Below, in pieces: positions 1-14,035 of a DNA stretch of 64,000 nt. The notes beneath the pieces are model-generated. The model was not told where the DNA came from and made no database searches. It saw nothing but the letters and a program-made list of their open reading frames with translations. Made by a program: the position numbers and the translations under genes. The stretch is from Mizuhopecten yessoensis (Eukaryota). How positions within the stretch are numbered: position 1 is the first letter of the stretch; every line of letters starts with the position of its first letter. The stretch is from contig NW_018406874.1 of assembly GCF_002113885.1 (NCBI RefSeq), forward strand, positions 334,576-398,575, given 5' to 3'.

Positions 1-761
1 GGGGGGGGGGGGGGGGGAGGCGTACGCCCTGGATATCGAGGATGCGTTGCGCCATGCCTGTCATATATAATAAATGGTTAATGATGTTATTGCCGCTGGT
101 GAAACACGATTGATAAGGACAGAAATAAGACGTAAAAACCCACTAAAGAGTTGTAAGAAACCATTAATGCTGCTGTAACATCGGTACACTTACACATAAA
201 CACACATGGAATAGATGAAAATATATACACATAGATCTATGCAATATAACATAAAGTAATTGCTTGAAATTAGGGTAAAGGCATCGTCCAAGGGTTCCAT
301 TCTCTATATACATATGTTCTCTTCATCCTTGGAATATATCACGACGAAAGTGTACTGTACCACTTGTAAGTCTGGAAACCATTACGGATTCTCGCATACA
401 TTTGAATTTTCAATACAGGATAAATGGGATCATATTCTTGTTTTTCAAGGATAGTCCAATACGAAATGTTTCTTTCTAATTATCAAAATAGTTGCGATAT
501 TTGTTTTGCTTTGTTCAAAAGTACTAGACTTTTCTGTTAATACACCTATTATGATGGCTAGCACAGTATACGTACCTGTACTTTGTCTAGAATTTTTCGT
601 TTTTCTGTTCCTTCTGTATTTCTATCTTAGTTACCTCCCTTGTGCCGCAGACCCGGAAATGATAGTGTGCCACACGTGTCAGGGTTTGTAAACAACGGTG
701 TAGTAGGCTTATATTACCAGATAGGTTTAGGAGACAGTGAGCTGTGGAGGTCATAGTAGAC

Positions 762-3700
762 ATGGATACAGACCTAGCGGGGCGTGTGCAGGAGCGGGAC
801 GTTGTGATACTGGACGGAGGGGTCGGGACCTCTGTAGTTGTTCACTTACACGGTAAGGAAAGATATGGTCTATACAGTATACGCTGAAACACACTGTACC
901 ATTAGTGTTCTGCACTCTAAGTTGTAACATATTTACTTATCAGAGTACTATAGTATAATGTATGGTTTAATATAAACTGTACTAGCTATAATATATGGTT
1001 TAATATAAACTGTACTAGCTTATACAGTCTACATATCTTCTTAAAATTAACGTACCGAGCACCTGCACGTATGGATTCATACCGGGATGTATTCGACCTC
1101 CGTGTATTAACCAGTTGACGGGACAATGTAAACTAGACTGATGGAATACACGTTAACACATTTAAGGTTTCCTTTCATTTACGTGACATTCTCTATCTGG
1201 GTATATGCATTGCTATACAGCGAACCTAAGCTGTGCTTTATAAAAGGGACATACATGGTATCTACTCTTATGATGCACTGTATATGTATTTGTGTATTAC
1301 ATGATAGTGCACCAACTGTTCATGTACACATGCGTACGTACACCTATACCTTCGAAGTAGATTGGATTTACATGTATCGTGTTAGAGGAGATATTTTGAT
1401 AAAAAAAAAAAAAACATGTGTCGAAATGAAGAGAAATTGATATCAATATGTTTTCAATAAAATGCTAAATCTGATATTTCTATTGTGTATATCGGTATAG
1501 GTCATATATATACGTACACTTTTACAAGTAGTTTTTGTATGTACACACGTACGTTCAATTAGATTTGTGCACTGAGGCGTACCTTAGGTTTCAACTTACT
1601 TTGCACATTAGGAAAAAACGTACCGGATTTCGTTAAATGTTTTTTTTTAATTATTATATCGTGCTTGAATGCATTAAAATCGTTAAGAGATGATACAAAT
1701 ATTTCCCTAATGTATTGGGTAGCGTGTGAGGATTCATCAGATGTATATCCAGTTACTATACTATAAACCTTATATATGTAGGGTATACACGTATTCAATG
1801 TTTGTTCTCAGCTCTAATCTGTTTAATATGTCACTTCTTCCCCTTGTCTAAGCGAAACACTTAGTGTAGTAGATATATATTAAAGTTTGTCATTTAGCAC
1901 GCGTGATTGATCAGAAAGGAGTAATAGTAGCAAGTTGTGTATCTAAACCAGCGGCGGATTCAGAGAGGAGCGGGTTGGTGGCTTTAGGACCCCACACCAC
2001 TCATATTCCCGTTTGGACCCAGATTTAGTGACTTTAAGTAATGGCCTACCTGACTTACCACGGCATAATAACTTTGTACAGTTACTTGTTGCTTCCCATG
2101 ATTGGTCACTAGTACGGTGACTAGGCAATATGCTGAATTGATCAAATGTTGCCCTCGGCCCACAGCTACAAAAGTATTTATCGGGACGATCCGAACATCA
2201 CCTAGAAATTAATTAATGTTTTTTGACTGGTAGGGCATGAAACAACACACAAATAAAATGTCGATGAAGTGATACAGTGTTTATATATGTGAAAAGTGAA
2301 ATTGGTAATCGAACTCACCTGGCATACAACTTTCATCATCAACTAAGTTTTGTATTCCTAATAATATATCATTCCTACTGACACGTAGTTGGTACCAAAA
2401 TGATTTCATATAGGTTGAACATTAATGAAATGTAAAACAAGTTAGTAAATGAGTCGAATAAGCAACTAGATAAGTGTTGGTCACTGAGAATTGGTTACCA
2501 AAATTGAATCCCATTATAATATGTAAGGAGGTCCACTTTGCACTAGTGTTTGATAGTTGTAAACTCAATTTAGCTAGAACTGCATACACAGACACATTTA
2601 CAGGGTTTGCAAATAATCCGGTAAACTCCCTCCCTTTTTGTGAAGTTTCGAATTGATGAATACATATTATGCAGAATTGATCTATCGCTGTATTTATATT
2701 GTATCACAGGTGCCACAGCGTTGTCATGGAAATGTGATGGGAAAGAAATATTATTCCTCAGGTAAGTTATTGATACCTTTCTACCTTTATATTTGTTTGG
2801 GAGAAGCTGTAATTGTGTATGATACCAATACATATAGGTTGTAAATTTAATGTACTCTCCAAGGCCATTATTAAATAGGAAAAATACCTCTGTTGAATCG
2901 GTATCAAACAATCGTTATAGAGAGACAATCCTGACTAATTCACAAATTTAAGATGAAAGTGTGCTCCCTAATGTTGCTTTCAAATAGTACGATCTATGGA
3001 CATTTATAAATTTGCCATCTCCCATTGTAGGAATATATAACTATAACTATATTTACAGTGATTTATTTGTATCATGTCTATCAATTAGAGCCGACTGTAC
3101 TGGTATTCCAATCTCCTAAACATATGATGTAAAGACACGTAAATGTTTAAGTTACTCCAATAGTTTGGTCACTAGACTTGTATCAGGGCTATTGAAAATG
3201 GATAAACGATACTTTGCCTTCCCTTCTTTTGTGATGTTTTGTTTTGTAATGAAAAGAATTTTATTTTTTGTATCCCCTATATCCTCTGGGTTATCAATAT
3301 TCTTTTCATCTCTAGTCTCTTCTGCTATTGGATTGTTCCTTAATATGGTCCCGTTTACGAGCGCCATAGTGACCTGATTTTATGCTCCTCACCGTGTCCT
3401 GGGCCGTTTTTCAGCTACACACGTTCCTGGATGTGACTAGCCACATCTTGATTGATACATGTACCATGTGTGAAGCAAGACACGTTTACTCTGGCGGAAA
3501 TCCTGGTTTCGCCTTCGGGTTTTTTCCGCGTTCATAATTTGTTTGCTGTCTCCCAAAGTCCAGATGCTGTCTTTTTGTATGGTCTTAATCAAGCACATTT
3601 TTACCTAACCGTCATACAAACATATTTATGGATACCTATATACAATCCTTCATTTACTTATTTCTCTTATGTTTATGTATGCCTCTTTTACAGTAAAAAA

Positions 3701-6700
3701 GCCGTACTGGATAATTCAAAGGCCATACGTGGAGGGATACCATTAGTTTTCCGTAAGTGGTGGTACGCATCTATCTGTGGTTGGTTCTAAAGTATGGACA
3801 GTCCTGGGAATGACGTCATTACAAAGTACTCAAAATAAGATAGAATGACATTCCATCTCAGAATCAATTCGTAAAGGTTAAACAAGTTACTAGCATGTAC
3901 GTTTTCTGTCTACAAATAACACCGACAAAAATCATTGTTTTTGTTTTTTATAAGTTAGCGTTTTGTGTCTGTTTAACGTTCATAGATCGCTCTTCTATTG
4001 TACAGCTCAGTTCGGACCCTGGACATGCGGTCCCCAGCATGGATTTGCCAGGAACAAGCGATGGAGTGTGGAATCGCAGCCACAAAAGGTGAGCAGACGT
4101 TGTACTGTTAGCGATATTGTCATGTGCGTGTTGTCACTAAAATGAAAACTGTAGGGGAAATAAGCGATTGTAAGCTCTCATCAAGCAAGTTCATTAAAGG
4201 GTTTCCGTGAATGCCTAGCCAGTATATCTTCTTCTGTCGTATGCACATGAAAATTAAAACCTCACAGAATTTACTAAGAAACACTCCTCATCTTAAAGAT
4301 TAATATTTCGACCACGCTTTCAGTCATCATTCTACAGATCTAAACGTTACATTGTGTACAATGTATTAGTGACTACTCCCATGTATGTTGTAATAGGCGG
4401 ACGGGACAGTGACTTGTTCCCTAGCTCTGTCGGATGACGAGGACACTAGGAAGATCTGGAACTATCGGTAAGGAGGGGGTGTCTGTTGATACAATTGTGT
4501 TTGTGTTAGGTGTAGGTAACCATATGTGGAAGATACATAAAACGGCTGTAATGTTAATGGATAAAGTTTCTTCATTTCTTTACAGGTTTAAGTTAGTGTA
4601 CACTTTGGAATTGACCAAATCTTCGCTATCTACAAGACTTACCGTCGACAATACAGGTAATTGTCTCCGAAAAACGTTCGAGATACCACGTCCTCATAAC
4701 TGCTGTCGACAACACAAAGATATCCATCTTAACTTTGTAAATGGGTACTGATACAGTAACCTTTCTTGTCCGAACACATCTTTGATAGGTATGTCGTATA
4801 CCAAATCAATTTGTACCTGGTCTTACGTAGCCAGAATCAACTATAATGTCATAACGACCATAGAACTGTTGTTGCAAGGTCAGTTATCCAGGCGCGTAGC
4901 TACCATGTAAGCCAATAAGCCCGGGCTTGCACATAATTTTGACAAGTATAGGTTTTCATGATGTTTTTATCCTTGCTGATACTATAATGGGAGTTTAAGT
5001 TTTGAATATATAGTATACAGATGTAATTCCTCAGATATGATACATTGTTAATAGTTAGTGGGGCAACCTCGCTTCTCGAAATGCCCAACAAATAACAGGA
5101 GCAAGTATAAGGAACCAGTCACAAAGCACAAACAGAAGACGAAACTGTGTGGGAGACTGAGTAAAGGTGACAGTGGGGGTAACATCGCTTCCCAATTAAC
5201 TCGGATCAGATTATGAGTAAGACAAACCCAATTGCATGTTCACTAATGCATAAGTATCAAATGCATTTATCAAGATTAGATAAAAACCAGACAATGTATG
5301 TATGGAGGGTGTACAAAGCAATACCGACGGTTAATCTTCAGAATTACACTGGATCCACGTAAATAGGTATATATATATACAAAAAATAGGACTTTTTTCT
5401 TGCGGATTAAAACGAGAAAACGGACATCAGGACGTGGGAAATGGCTCCTTCGGCAACCCATGTCGGGCTTACACATGGTAAAGGGGCTAGCTACGCGCAT
5501 GTTATCTAAATAAAATGTTTGTTTTTTCCATTTCTATAGTTACTGTCGCTACGTTACATCAGGTGATTGACGAACTTTGACAATGTTTGTGTTGCTATAC
5601 GACACTCATTGTTGCTATGGTTACTTTACAGGAAGCGAGGGTTTTACATTTACCACATTGATGCATTCCTACTTCCTCACGCCGGATATCGCCACGACCA
5701 CTGTCCGTGGGTTGAAGGGACTGAATTACGTAGACAAGGTCGGTACAAGGGTTAATGCTGTGCTAGAGGACATACGGACGGAACTGCTATATGTAAATGC
5801 CCTGTAAATCCGACAATGTGTATCACAACACTTAACGAAGAAGTATGATGACGTGACATGACAAAATGTAGCATGTGACGTCAATACAGTTAACTTTATC
5901 AAAAGCTACTTTTATTGCAATTGCATTACACAGTTCAAAATTATATTTATAAACGTGTAGCGTCGTAATATTTCAAGGGGAACGTCACGCACTCACACGT
6001 GTGATAGTACCTGTACTATTTGGTAATAGACACATTAAGCCAAACCTGAATTAAACTGCACCATACAAATGTTCCGTCCTTCTTGGACGGACTCTATGTT
6101 CTATTTAAATTTGATTATGCTGAACCATATTACCTTCGAACAATATGGACAGCCCAATTGGGATTGGTGTTCACTATACACAGATTAAGTGAGAAAAATG
6201 TTCCCTTTAAATGCGATGTGTTACAAGATTTGATTCTATGCCGACATAATTAATTCTCCTAGCTAAAGATTTTACACTCTTTGCTTTAAAAGCGCCTGTC
6301 ATGAAGAGGTACACATTCTGTACTTCATGTCTACTGTAGGTGAAAAACGGTCAGGAGCTCCAGGAAGATCGAGACAAAGTCACCATTCCCCAGAATTATG
6401 ACAGGTGTGTTAATTCAAATATAGAAGTTTTCACCTGTGCTATATTGCTGTGTAACATGAGACATTTGATATTTTTGTATTTTTGATATATATTATATTA
6501 TATATTAGAAAAATCATTAATTTGACATCGATAGTTCAATCTTTCTTGACTGTGTTGACAGCAGAACTTTATGTGTATATTTTAGCGCACAGTTTAGCTT
6601 TCAAGACGAAGAAGTTGAATTTTCAAGTTAAGGTGGCTTAATCTTAATTTAGTGGCTTCATCTAGTATCGAATTGATTATCTCTTTGGAAGCGACATTTT

Positions 6701-9164
6701 CATTTAGGTTTTATCAAGTGAACACAAATCAAAAATGTGCGAGTAATTACTTTCATACTGTTTTTCATACAAATAGCTTTGTTACTCATACAAATAGCTT
6801 TGTTACTCATACAACTGACTTTGTCACTCATACAGCTGACTTTGTCACTCATACAACTGACTTTGTCATTTCAGTGTGTATTGTTTTAAAACTTTTCAAT
6901 TGCTGAACTCTTACAATAACTCCACCTGAGCCATCTTCATCCCCATACAGCTAGGGTGCCTATAACTAGCAATTTAAGTATCATTTATAAAGTCTCAACT
7001 CAAAGCCTTAATAACTAAGAGGCCTAGGGTTATGCTATTTGGCCAGTAGAATGTTAGGATGAAGGGCTACCAAGTTTGTTCAAATGAATGACCTTCATCG
7101 ATTTTCAAGGTCACATGGGTCAATTGTCTTAAAAAATATTTTAACAACTTCTCAATAACTAAGATGCCTAGGATAATGATATTTGGACAGTAACATGCCA
7201 GGATGAAGGGCTACCAAGTTTGTTCAAATGAATGATCTTTACTAATATACAAGTTCACATTGGTCAACTATGTTAAAAATGTTTAAACAACTTCTCAATA
7301 ACTGAAAACCCTAGGATGATGCTATTTTGCCAGTAGCATGCTGCGATGAAGGGCTACAAAGTTTGTTCAAATGAATGACCTTGACTCATATTAAAGGTAA
7401 CAGGGGTCAAATATGTTTAAAACCTTTAAATCACTTTTTCTGAATAACTTATAGGCCTGGGGTAATGATATTTGGCCAGTAGCATGCTGGCATGAAGGAC
7501 TACCAAGTTTATTCAAGTGAATGAACATGATTTTATTCAAGGTCACATGGGTCAAATTTGTTAAAAATCTTTAAATGACTTCTGCATAACCATGAGGCCC
7601 AGAATTGTGATATTTAGCCAGTAGCATGCTTCGATAAAGGGCTAAGAAGCTTTTTCATTTGAATGACCTTGACCCACTTTCGAGGTAACATTTAATCAAA
7701 TATGTTTAAACATTTAAATGACCTAATTTCAATAAACAAAAGAATAGGTAAGTGATGTTTTGCAAGTTGCATCCTGAGATAAAGGGCTATACAATTTGTT
7801 CAACATAATGACCTTGTTCGACTTTCAAGGTCACAGGAGTGAAATGTTTTTAAATCTTTCAACAGGTTCTTTTGAATTACTTTTAATCATAAATACTGAT
7901 ATTTTGCCTTTAGCTTTATTTAAGATAACTTTTAAGGCTATAAATGTGAGATGTATACCAGGTGAGCGATGCAGGCCAATTGGGCCTCTTGTTAAATGAA
8001 AAATCATGCCAGATACCTCATGTAATGCGTGTAAAGTGTCACTGGGCTCCAAAATGTGTTTTGTTTTGCTTATTTGATGCCTCAGCTGCTGTTGTTGTCC
8101 ATGTGTGTGGACGTTGTGGTATATTCCTTTATTGGTTGCGGTTATATCTTTTGGTGTAAATTGTTAATATACAGTCCTTCTGTGCGTTATTACAAATATA
8201 CATTTCTTTGTTAATATCAATATATAACATTCCCATGTTTGATGTAACTGATTTAACGTGTCTTACTGGTGGTATACTATATCGTGACATGGTACATGTA
8301 CATTTCCCGTATCATTGACAGAGTGTACCAGAAGTGTCCAAGTACTGTATCCATGGAGTGTAGTTCCCACACCGTATCGGTGAACCTCTCCAACTTCACA
8401 GACGTTGGTAAGTAATGCATAGACGTCAGATCGACCATAAATGCTCCCTTCTGCTTTTAAGTGCGAGTTTTGTTTTCAGTTCGAAATATCTTACTCTTTA
8501 CTTCGTATAATACTTTAGTGTCTTAGTAGGAGGGTATCTCCAGAACAAATGTACGATGGAACTGTGCAAACACTGGGTACGAGTCCGACAACGCGGATAC
8601 TAATCTGCCTAACTCGCGCTATAAGTATTTATATTAAACGTTTAAGCTCTGTTAAAGTTGCAGTACCGACTTTTAGATATACCTGTAGTTAGATTTAGGT
8701 ACAATTTTTTTGTGAAATTCAAGATTTAAAATAACTTCACAAGTATAACATTAACATATATAAAGAAAGGTAAACCTGAATAAAAAAAATCATTACAAAA
8801 AGTAGTTTAAACGGCATTTATCTCGAGACGTCGAATTTTTGTGCGGATTTCATTACACTTTGCCAGCTTCACTTCCGCATGTGATCAGTCATATAAGGTT
8901 ATAAATTATTTGTCATTTTGTTAGTCTACCACGAGTGTTGCTGTATGTGCTGTTGATCTATCGGGCCTGTTGCTGTATGTACCATTACTTTCAGTTGTGT
9001 GGAATCCCTGGAGCGAGAAGGCTAGGGCCATGTCAGACTTCGGGGACGAGGAGTACAGCACTATGGTGTGTGTTGAGGCGGGACGCGTGAGCTGTCCCGT
9101 ACAGATAGCCGCCGGTCAGCAACTAGCCTTCCAGCAGACGCTCCAAGTCCAGGCTAAACTCTAG
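762..9164 (+). CDS. Glucose-6-phosphate 1-epimerase (aldose 1-epimerase superfamily, YeaD/Ymr099c-like), 10 coding exons, 284 aa
   Basis: Exons joined by hand with GT-AG ends and consistent phases: 762-852, 2710-2761, 3694-3752, 4006-4088, 4397-4467, 4586-4656, 5632-5738, 6340-6404, 8322-8407, 8995-9164 (855 nt). The translation has the family motifs HGATALSW, KAIRGGIPLVFPQFG, QHGFAR, MHSYF, VVWNPW and MVCVEAG, and ends QAKL*. Confidence 0.93.
6765..6870. repeat. 21-bp tandem repeat (about 5 copies, consensus near ctcatacaactgactttgtca)
   Basis: Direct repeats read from the sequence in intron 8 of the epimerase gene. Confidence 0.75.
6915..7994 (+). mobile_element. Non-autonomous Helentron/HINE-like element with an internal array of about 144-bp repeats
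   Basis: Subterminal inverted motif cacctg (about 6923) / caggtg (about 7959), a 3' hairpin aggccaattgggcct followed by cttgtt, and the gatgaagggctaccaag motif recurring at about 7058, 7202, 7346, 7492, 7633 and 7778. Confidence 0.7.
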
Positions 9165-9872
9165 ATGGAGAGTGTACAGTTGACACCTAAAATGCCTACC
9201 GTATCTGGACGTAAATCATCTAATGTTGACTAAATTACCTAGATCATTGAATTCCAACTCTTGTTATTTTTATAGTACTATAATCTTCGTTATAAAATTG
9301 TTAATGGTTGATTTTTTGTTCCCTCAAGGAAATTATTTAACTTGTAGTATATCGTTCTGTTCTGTGTTGGTAGAGTAGCTGTTTAGAGTGAAACATTCCA
9401 AAAGACACTGAAGACCTCAAGAGGTCCTAAAGAACTGCCACCTATACTTTATTCACATGTTCCATTGTCACCATCACATTTGCCACAATATCTGACACAA
9501 TTAAACTTTATATAATTACTTCTGATTTTCACTATCCTAAAAGACACACTTTCTGACCTCAAAACACTCCTAACTTCACTAACATTACTACACCATTGAA
9601 ACGTTAGACCAAACTAGAAATACCAGACAAATGTTACGATATTATATTATAAAAACAAACTCTTATGATCTGAAACAATCAAAAACCAAAACGTACCAAT
9701 ACAAAAGGAATCATTCAATTAACAAATCCTATCAGATACTTCTATACACAGTGGCATTGTTACTAATGTATTATACGTCTCTGCTAATATACAATACACA
9801 GTTGTTTACATTTATGCATGCTACTGTTCTACTTTTTGTTTAGTATATTTATGCGGAATTTTAACCTTTTTC

Positions 9873-10030
9873 TTTGGTAGCGATATATGTACTACCTAGG
9901 GTGTATATGTTGTATTTAGTACACTTTGGTAGCGATATATGTACTACCTAGGGTGTATATGTTGTATTTAGTACACTTTGGTAGCGATATATGTACCACC
10001 TGGGGTGTATATGTTGTATTTAGAAGACTT
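9873..10030. repeat. About 52-bp tandem repeat, 3 copies
   Basis: ctttggtagcgatatatgtactacctagggtgtatatgttgtatttagtaca repeated three times. Confidence 0.85.
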
Positions 10031-10308
10031 TATTTTTTCTAATAAAAGTAGTAGAACTTCTCATTGATATTTTTTGGTTTTGTGTTTACCTTATATAGCC
10101 CGTGTACACAGTTGTGTACAGATCATCACATATTTACCATTACACATGTGTGACGGCCTACCGTATAGATGTCATACAAGCCTGTGATTGTTACCTTGTT
10201 TCACATGTAATAACAGTCGTATACATATGTGGGACGGTTTACCGTATAGATGTCATAAAAGCCTGTGATTGTTACCTTGTGACACATGTGTAATGGTTAC
10301 TGTGTAGA

Positions 10309-10476
10309 TATTCCGTCTTTGCGTATTGCAGCTTTATCTTCTCTTGTGAGCAGGTATTGATTGTTACGTCATTGGTTTGTGTGAGAAAACTACGTCGTTT
10401 TCTCACAAACAAGTGACGTAACAATCAATATCTGCTCCAAGGAGAAGATAACTCTGCAATACGCAAAGACGGAATA
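10309..10476. mobile_element. Foldback MITE flanked by TA (Tc1/mariner-type target)
   Basis: Near-complete palindrome TA-ttccgtctttgcgtattgcag...ctgcaatacgcaaagacggaa-TA, with internal arms tcaat/attga and gagaaaac/gttttctc. Confidence 0.8.
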
Positions 10477-11139
10477 CTGTACGTAGGGAATGCTTACCTT
10501 GTATATGTGCAACCAGCAAAACATTACCTACACAAAAAAGGCTTGTTTGGCAACATAGAAAAACACATGTAAAATTTTCAATTTTTTGAAAGACGAAGTA
10601 TTAACGAATCTAATCACGTTCTGTAATACAAAAACCTTTTCTAAAGATGAAGGATGACGAAGACAATTGACAGGTATGACATCAGGGAAATATAAATGTC
10701 GATCTTCGTTATCAGGCTCATTAATATACCTTCTTGTTTTGTTGTCACTGCCCAGTGTTCAATGTAAGGACGTGACATTAATTAATTCAGTTTGTCCTAT
10801 AGTTATATGGCGGGTGTCGTTGATGAAGTAAAAGACGCTTACCCTTCCGGACAACTAGGTTACATAATTATGTAAATTTTGTACACAATACAATGACGGA
10901 AACTTGTTGATATTAATCAATAACAAGCCCCCGTGAACAAAGTGAATTAATCGTGGTTTTCCATTACGGAAGTCGGAATTTAATTTTGAAATGCACTGAT
11001 GTATGTTTTTCTCTTAAGGTTATTAGGACTCTTACGGTATCAGGAAGATTGTTTCCATGGTTTTATCCAACTCCGACTAACGTTTTTCGGGCTATTTAAT
11101 TACCGTTAACTGAAACATCAAGAATCGTCGTAAGAGAGC

Positions 11140-12280
11140 GCAGCATGCACGAGAAGAGACATAACGGTTTATACGATTCTGTCTGCCATCAAATAGCAGG
11201 ACAGCCTTTCTGTTATTTTATGTCTCGCTATACCCCATATATTGTATTGATATGTGTATATCTGGTTAAGCTTTTAGACTTGACAGTTTTCTGTTACCGA
11301 TGGTGGCGAAAACCGAGTTATCGGGGGCAATATGTCATAGCATCTTGTTATACGTACATTACAATGTTTTACACTCGCGTTAGATATAATCTAGGGCCAG
11401 AAGGCGGCCATTCCATTAGCGTTCTAGCTACATTATGTATTTCTTTGTGTAACAAACGTGTCTAGCGAGATTGTGTGGGTCAGAGAATGATTTTCAAGAA
11501 TATTGAAATTTCGAATGACAGTCCTACTTTTCTTATTATTTGTTAATGTTCCACAGAATGCTCAATTTGGATTATTTCGATATTGGTTTCTTTTAACCGA
11601 CTCGCTAAACAGAGGAGCTGGTTTGTGTCTGCAGTCCAATGACAGATGTCACAATCACAGCAAAATATTCGTCATACCTTCTTACGTCTATGGGCAATTC
11701 TATGAGTTGAAGAGATGATATCTGTGAGCAACAATAAGAATAGATGGATATTTGACATTTACTGCAATGTAACATATATACCACTCTGTGATGTTGCAAA
11801 TTTTTATCGGCCATGAAAATCAATGTCAACGCCTTGACGTCATCACATTATGGCGTAATTATTGGTACACTGGACACCAAAGGCCCTTCATTGAAAGTAA
11901 ATAGTTTTAAATGGTTTATAGAGTATTGAACTACCTACATTTGGCACAAAGGAAGGCAGATGGAAATACTTCAACATCAAGTACTACCTGTTTTCATTGG
12001 GAATTCTTTTCGTTTGGAATTCATATGTCTATATAAGCCAACTGAAAGCAATTCAATGATTACATTATATGTTGATTAGTATGATAATATGTAGTATTTG
12101 AAAGTTTGGCGATAGGTCGTTCCTAATAATAATTGAGGAAGCTATCCCTGCCAGTATCGAAATGTTGACTGTACATTCATTGGCTTGTGCAAACAGTCAA
12201 TTTACCACTACAGCAGAAACTGCACTCGAATGCTTAATTAATACGATTGCGACATTGTCATATGTCCATTGTCCAACTAT
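11140..12280 (-). pseudogene. Heavily decayed LicD-family pseudogene, closest to the 25643-26803 gene
   Basis: Minus-strand fragments occur in collinear order across several frames. DDVKALTLIFMADKNLQHHRVVYMLH (about 11844-11767) matches NELDAMFMTFHHFSNALKKANVTFMLY. LIVAHRYH..*..IDV (11738 onward) matches LIGAHRHH..W.DDIDV. CNVRITRCYD matches CNSPHVLSRTYD, and KTVKSKSL (11290-11267) matches KTVKCQSL. Stops and frameshifts occur throughout, and the boundaries are approximate. Confidence 0.55.
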
Positions 12281-12729
12281 GTTTTTGTTATATCCGTGAT
12301 CTGTTTCAAACTAACATGCAAACACGACCAATAATTCAAATATCTACGGCCCTGGATGGTTTTTGAACAGATATTTAATATTAAAAATATATAATCATAA
12401 AAAAATATGTTAAAAAACACCCACTGCATTCGTAGATTGACTTATTAAGGCTTACTGATGTAAACAGTTCTACACTGGTAATGTATTCCTCTTACGTTCT
12501 CATAATCATATGAACCGCCAAATTAACAAATAGTGAGATAAGTAGGAACGAGTTGTGTTGATAATTGTGCTAAGCTAGTTTGATAAATTTGTTAAATAGT
12601 CACTAATTTGTCACACACACAGTGGTTTCAATACACAGGAAATTTAACTAGATACGAAACACAACAAGACTGAATATGTACAAATAATTTTCCCCACCAA
12701 ACGTGATGAGAATATCAGTAACGCACTTG

Positions 12730-13438
12730 TCAGCAATGCTGAAAAGTAATGATATAATAGATGACGCTTCCTCGGTAAACCATGTTCTCGTTCCATCGTC
12801 CGTCTGTCAGCTGAACATGTTCCGCAAACCCGAACTTGTGTTCAAGCTTCGAACACAACTCTTCAGTATAACGATTTGATGGTGTTTCAGCTGTGTGAGA
12901 AAACCCTCGAGATTTACACCTTTCCAGATCAACTTGATATAATGCACGGTCTAGTTACATGGTACAGGAAGTGACAGGTGCGCGAACTTCCTTCGAACAG
13001 GTAATCGCCCGTTTTCGTTATGAATAAACATATGCGTTCTGTTATGACTTCAAAAAAATGTGGTTATAAACGGCCGTCGTAGAACCTGTTTGACCGTCTA
13101 ATTGACTATTACATCGATGTCGTCATCCAATGAAATAGGGCCGTGGTGTCGATAAGGCCAAAATGTACGTACGTAATATTTTTATCTGTTATCAATTTGT
13201 AGAAATTTTCCACCGTATTTGTCATTCGTTCGGTGTCACTTTTGCTAAGAGAAAATCGAAACACTCTTCTGACTATATGGCGTTTGCCATGGAACAATTG
13301 ATGTATGTATAGAACAACCAAGATGACAAAATATAAGAAGGCATCTGTAACGTTGCAGCGGATATCATATGTTGCCACAGTTGTAAGGGCTAAATGTATC
13401 TTACTCATTCCTAGCATAACTGGCATTTTTGAAGCCAA
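12730..13438 (-). pseudogene. LicD-family pseudogene, tandem duplicate of the 16758-17576 gene
   Basis: Minus strand gives a TM segment FLYFVILVVLYI, then ENFYKLITDKNITY, a frameshift that removes the GGTLLG motif, YRHHGPISLDDDIDVIVN*, PVRRKFAHLSLPVPCN* (identical to the intact copy) and CSKLEHKFGFAEHVQLTDGRWNENMVYRGSVIYYIITFQHC*. It has internal deletions and premature stops. Confidence 0.88.
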
Positions 13439-14035
13439 TGAGGTACCAATTGTACCAGCAACTGTAAATCACACAAACCTAAGTAGTATGAATGTGTAAC
13501 GTCCACAATAAATCTACGTTATAATTTGTTCACTTGTCCTCAAGAGCAAGCACGTTTTGCATCCGTTCTCACCAACTCTCCTTTGTGTGAATATAACGAA
13601 GGTGTTAAAAATATATCACTCTGATCTATTCTGACGAACACATGCATGTGTATCACACGTGTCTCTCTATTTCCTATTCTACGTAGAACAGTTTTGCGTT
13701 GACTCGTCTTACAAATGCGATTTCTGTGTGACTTGCCTTACAAACGCAGCTTTTGCAATCTTACAAACATAGCAACCTTTGCGTTGATTTGTCTCACAAA
13801 TACACACAGGCCTCGTGTTGACTTGTCTCACAAATACAGTTTTTGTGTTGACTCGTCAACACCAATGTTTATTTCTGTCTAATCATACTTGTTGTGGTGA
13901 CTTTTCCTTACGAGCTTTCCTTGTGGTTGTGACACTTTCTAAACGCCAAGAATACAATTTTCTGCTCGAATTTTTCCTATAAAACACGACTTCACGTCGA
14001 TAATAGACAAACGGTCTTCATTAATTTGAGTTGAT

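Noticed and set aside
2570-3370. FDTDS motif suggesting a family B polymerase (Maverick) remnant
   Set aside because: A single short motif in an intron, with no other PolB motifs nearby.
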